Shown one piece after another: positions 60,339-64,000 of a DNA stretch of 64,000 nt (its first letter is position 1; each line of letters opens with the position of its first letter). The translations under genes were made by a program, and so were the position numbers. Below the pieces are notes generated by a model. The model saw only the letters and a list, made by a program, of their open reading frames with translations. It made no database searches and was not told the DNA's origin. This DNA comes from Candidatus Bathyarchaeota archaeon (GTDB taxonomy: Archaea > Thermoproteota > Bathyarchaeia > Bathyarchaeales > Bathycorpusculaceae), in the NCBI GenBank assembly GCA_963826715.1, contig CAWGYA010000002.1:224001-288000 (forward strand). The letters are read 5' to 3'.

Positions 60339-60569
60339 TAAGACGAATTAAACCTCACAAATACAGAGGGCTAATTTTCACGTTAAGATTAGCAAAGCAA
60401 ATTTAATTCTGAATTGGAAGAATCCCATAAAAATTATTACAGTTCCTTTAACTTTGGTAATTAACGATTTAAAAGCTAATCCGAAGTGGAATTTGAACCA
60501 TTTATACGATGGAACCAAATCCTGCATCCAATTTGAAATCTTTCATATCTCACAAATGCATTATTTGGC

Positions 60570-60908
60570 TTATCCAGATTCTCTTCTCGTGGCTTTACAT
60601 TTTGTGCATCTAAAAAAGGTAATTGTTGAATGGATAGTTTAGTCTGCCGCTTCGACAGTCCAAGTTTCGCTTTCGGTGTTTCCGCATGTTTCACAGACCA
60701 CACGAATGGTCGGAAGCTGTTTAGCTGTGCCTCTTTTTTTTGGTCTATGACAACGATTTCAGCGATTTTCATAGGATTCATACTTACTTTTTTGGTTAAT
60801 TCTTTATGCTCTACTATTTTTTGGTATTTACATTTTAGACATCTAATTGTTGGGGAGCCTTTTTTTGGCCGTTTGAAGTACCGATCCACATCTTGGGCAG
60901 AAATCCAT
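60570..60908 (-). pseudogene. Disrupted transcription factor S / RpoM-like gene
   Basis: Segments MDFCPRCGS.., ..IRCLKCKY.., ..PTIRVVCETCGN.. and AAD*..FFRCTKC require two frameshifts and contain an in-frame TAA at 60639-60641. Confidence 0.75.
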
Positions 60909-61129
60909 TGTTTGGTCACCTGAGGGGGAGGCTTTCTAACTAAATGATTTATGCTTTGCGACTTTTGCGATACAAATTATTTAGTTAATGTTTCATTTGG
61001 CAAAATTGAACCCAAGGACAGATTAAAAGTAATTACAGCGAATGTTGAAGTCATCTAAGGTTTCAAAAAATAGAAAACTCTAAGTATTAACATTTAACCT
61101 ACCAAAACACTTACCCTATAAGAACATCA

Positions 61130-61300
61130 TCATGGGATTTCTGTCATATTGTCTCGCAGAGCCAACCAGCGTTTAAACTCTAAACCAGTGCATTTGCCTT
61201 TCCCTATCCAGTTTTCGCCATACTTATTTCTAAGCTTCTCATTGTAAGACTCAAAAGTTTCGGATTCATTTACTTCTATGCTTTCCTTTTTCTTCACCAA
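61130..61300 (-). CDS. 56-aa hypothetical protein
   Basis: MVKKKESIEVNESETFESYNEKLRNKYGENWIGKGKCTGLEFKRWLALRDNMTEIP. Confidence 0.4.
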   Translation of the reverse strand: MVKKKESIEVNESETFESYNEKLRNKYGENWIGKGKCTGLEFKRWLALRDNMTEIP

Positions 61301-61536
61301 TTTTTAACTCCAATTTTAACTAATTCATATCTTGCTCTAAGTAAAGTATAACTATCAACATTGAAAAACATATTTCAGCAATTCAAAACAAATCATGCAA
61401 AACCTGAAAATATCACATTCAGATTTTTCCATTAGCCCAAGAATCGATTATCCTCAACGCTTACCATGACCGCTCTAAATGATCAGCAACTACTACTTTG
61501 TCATCGGTTATCTTTGTAGAGTAAAAAAATGAGCCC

Positions 61537-61695
61537 TTATTCGCCTCGGGTATCATTTCTATTACATTCTGCCTTTGGCCGATATTCTCTTTTCTTTGTT
61601 CGTTGCTTATGGTGTTTTTCGCATTCTTTTACTCGAACGAGCATCCACTCGTTTTCTTCGTAAACACATCCGCATAGCAAAGTTTTAGCAACCAT
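61537..61695 (-). CDS. 52-aa Cys/His microprotein (paralog of 41907-42068)
   Basis: MVAKTLLCGCVYEENEWMLVRVKECEKHHKQRTKKREYRPKAECNRNDTRGE. Confidence 0.72.
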   Translation of the reverse strand: MVAKTLLCGCVYEENEWMLVRVKECEKHHKQRTKKREYRPKAECNRNDTRGE

Positions 61696-61824
61696 TGAAT
61701 AAAACCACCATTCAAGTGCCCTGATTAAACAGAGTATTGGTTATTTATGAGAATATTGATTTTGTAAACCGCTTGTAGGAATTGAAAAAGCTGTGGACTC
61801 CAAGAAAAGGTATTATTAACTCGC

Positions 61825-63495
61825 TTATTGCCCATTTCCAGTCACTTTCTTCGCTACTTTCTCCGTGAGCATACCAATGAGCTGCCCATTTTTCACCACA
61901 GCTGCCCGCTTAAAGCCTTTCTCAGCCAGCACCCTCATGGCGGTCACCATAGATCCATCTTTTTCTAAAATGATAAGTGGTGTAAAGTAAAGATCTTTAA
62001 CCAAAGTACTCTTTGGATCTCGACCGCGCTCAATTATTTCCCGAAGTATTTCGCGATCGTTGATTACACCCAACGGCTTATGATTCTCCACAATTAAGAT
62101 AGAGTTGACGCTGGACCTTAGCATCTTATCGACCATCTCCGAAATTGTAGCAACAGTTTCTACCTCCACTGAAGGCAACTTAGTTCCCGCTTGGGTACTA
62201 ATTTCAGTAATATCTATGCCACGTTTCCAAATGTCGTTTAGCATTTCGCTGACACGTTCGATTTGGCTTGGATCGCTGCTGTAAAATGTATCTGCAAAGT
62301 AGAAAGCAGATTCAGTCCCAAAGTCATTTAACGGCGGCGTCTTAAACATGAAGAGGTGCTTGTAATCTACTAGCATCATGATAAGATAGCTAATGGGTAC
62401 ATGTTTGACTTCATATTGCTTCGCCAACTTCTGGGCGGGCTTCAAATTATCTAAATCAATAGAGGCCATTAAACGGACTTGGAGACCCTTCTTGAAAAAC
62501 TTGATTAGTGAATCATCCTCTGCAAGTCGGTTGATGCTCTGAGAGGAAGTAATGATAACAACATCTTTATTTGCAGATGCCAAAACCTCTGTAACCTTAT
62601 CCCATGCAGACTTTGGATCCCTAATGACGAGGGTTTCACCGATGGGTATACCACTTTTTAACTCGTCAATGCGCCTTGAAGCATCCACACCACTCTGCCA
62701 CATCTGTACAAAGAAAGCCTTCAGAACTGAAATGAACATCTTATCATTAATCCAGAGTCCCTCATCTTCTAGATTTAGTACTGAGGCTTCGTTGCCAAAA
62801 GGAGCATAAAGTATTGCTTCTTCATCATCCTTGATAAGGAAGCGTGGGAAAAATTTAGAGTTCATTGTAACATGACGTAGCTTGATATTTAGATTATCTT
62901 CAGAGATATTGTGGTCAATGCGGCTCACCGCCTTAAAGTTCTCCATTGAGATGTCAGTGATAATTTGGACCTGAACATTACGCTCCTGAGATGGGATAAC
63001 TGCTGCGTCAAAAATACCAGCAATATCCTCCTGGATCAACCCAAGTGCAGTCGTCAAAACGATAACTTCAGATTTTGATTCCTCTATCATATTAAGCATT
63101 TTTGAATGAATCTTTTTCTTACCTGTTATGATAGAAAATTTAGCGACGGGATACTCAGATTCAGGGGCGCTAATAGATTGCCAAGCTACTATCAGATTCT
63201 CTTTCTGCTCGTTTAAGTTAGAAACCTCGTTCTTTTTAGCAGCAATGAAGTTGTCAACTAACGCTGAGAAGGGCACAATGGTAAATCGTGTTGGACGCTC
63301 AAGAGTTGCTTCGATAAAGCCTTTCTCTTGGAGTTTTTTGAAGGTTCGATAAGCTTGCACACGCTCCATCTTTAAGCGCTTAGCTACAAAACTAGTGGAT
63401 TGCACACCACTTTTTGCAAGGAACATGTAAACTTGTATTTCCCGTTTAGATAAACCCAAAATTTGCAGGAACCGCGTAACGTCTTTTTCGCTCAT
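61825..63495 (-). CDS. TrmB-family regulator with a duplicated effector domain and a C-terminal CBS pair
   Basis: LGLSKREIQVY HTH, two PLD-like TrmB C-domains (FLIKDDEE and MLVDYKH), and a CBS pair (PLGVINDRE and QLIGMLTE). Confidence 0.85.
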   Translation of the reverse strand: MSEKDVTRFLQILGLSKREIQVYMFLAKSGVQSTSFVAKRLKMERVQAYRTFKKLQEKGFIEATLERPTRFTIVPFSALVDNFIAAKKNEVSNLNEQKENLIVAWQSISAPESEYPVAKFSIITGKKKIHSKMLNMIEESKSEVIVLTTALGLIQEDIAGIFDAAVIPSQERNVQVQIITDISMENFKAVSRIDHNISEDNLNIKLRHVTMNSKFFPRFLIKDDEEAILYAPFGNEASVLNLEDEGLWINDKMFISVLKAFFVQMWQSGVDASRRIDELKSGIPIGETLVIRDPKSAWDKVTEVLASANKDVVIITSSQSINRLAEDDSLIKFFKKGLQVRLMASIDLDNLKPAQKLAKQYEVKHVPISYLIMMLVDYKHLFMFKTPPLNDFGTESAFYFADTFYSSDPSQIERVSEMLNDIWKRGIDITEISTQAGTKLPSVEVETVATISEMVDKMLRSSVNSILIVENHKPLGVINDREILREIIERGRDPKSTLVKDLYFTPLIILEKDGSMVTAMRVLAEKGFKRAAVVKNGQLIGMLTEKVAKKVTGNGQ

Positions 63496-63596
63496 AAATT
63501 TTCCGCCATAAAGCCTAGCTGGTCCAGTCATTAATTAAGGGGCTCAAGTTTATAAATTGTAGCTTTTTTGACACAACAAAACACAATAAATTAAAG

Positions 63597-64000
63597 TTAT
63601 AATAGCTTTTTCTGTTCAAACCCAAATTCCTGTTTGACCCGACGTGCGGGCGCCCAAGATTTTCGAACAAAACTCGGATAAAACCCACCATTAATTGTTA
63701 ATAACTGTCTAAGGAAACCGGTGGTTTTATCATCGGTCAGGTATCCGCTGCCGAAATTGCCGTATTTGGCTTTGAGCAATTCGATTTCTCTGTCTCGTTC
63801 TACTTTGGCAATGATTGAGGCAGCGGAGACCACCGGGAAATTTCGATCCGCCTTATGCTGCGATATAATCGATGTTTTAGTGGTTAAGCATTCTTGGATA
63901 TGCAGACCAAAACGTTCTGCTAAAACATCTGCTGCATCAACATACACTTCGTCTGGTTTAAGCTCCTCAATAACCTTTGCCATAATTTGTGCTTCAAGGC
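63597..64000 (-). CDS. rnhB: Ribonuclease HII; 5' part lies outside the window
   Basis: YVDA, HKAD..FPVVSAASIIAKV.RD, GSGY and VRKSW. Confidence 0.93.
   Translation of the reverse strand, partial: LEAQIMAKVIEELKPDEVYVDAADVLAERFGLHIQECLTTKTSIISQHKADRNFPVVSAASIIAKVERDREIELLKAKYGNFGSGYLTDDKTTGFLRQLLTINGGFYPSFVRKSWAPARRVKQEFGFEQKKLL

Noticed and set aside
60476-60919. 147-aa ORF-track protein
   Set aside because: It is a mosaic of frames from the TFS-like pseudogene.

Overview
This is archaeal chromosomal DNA, most consistent with Bathyarchaeia/TACK. That assignment is an inference from the orphan 5S rRNA, two tRNAs that each carry two bulge-helix-bulge (BHB) introns, a type II methionine aminopeptidase, an archaeal triosephosphate isomerase, TrmB regulators and a divergent EF-2. 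The backbone holds housekeeping genes (EF-2-like, map, trm1, proC, rnhB), an Lrp/NifX/MinD-ferredoxin/MBL/radical-SAM metal-cofactor cluster, a cobalt ECF transporter, and a glycogen/glycolysis cluster (pfkA, GT4, GalT-like, debranching enzyme, DUF89, tpiA) with two-component and TrmB regulators. The main discovery is a 7,556-bp element integrated in tRNA-Trp between perfect 35-bp att repeats (33729-33763 and 41285-41319). Its tyrosine integrase is split SSV1-style and is rebuilt in frame only on excision; the cargo is mostly orphan genes with no recognisable Rep or capsid. Other highlights are a CbiM-CbiN-CbiQ triple fusion whose metal-binding M-H-I N-terminus requires initiation at ACG, a box C/D guide RNA inside the tRNA-Trp intron, a stand-alone DCD-like protein, and two paralogous unannotated Cys/His microproteins. 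All calls come from reading motifs by eye; no database searches were run.
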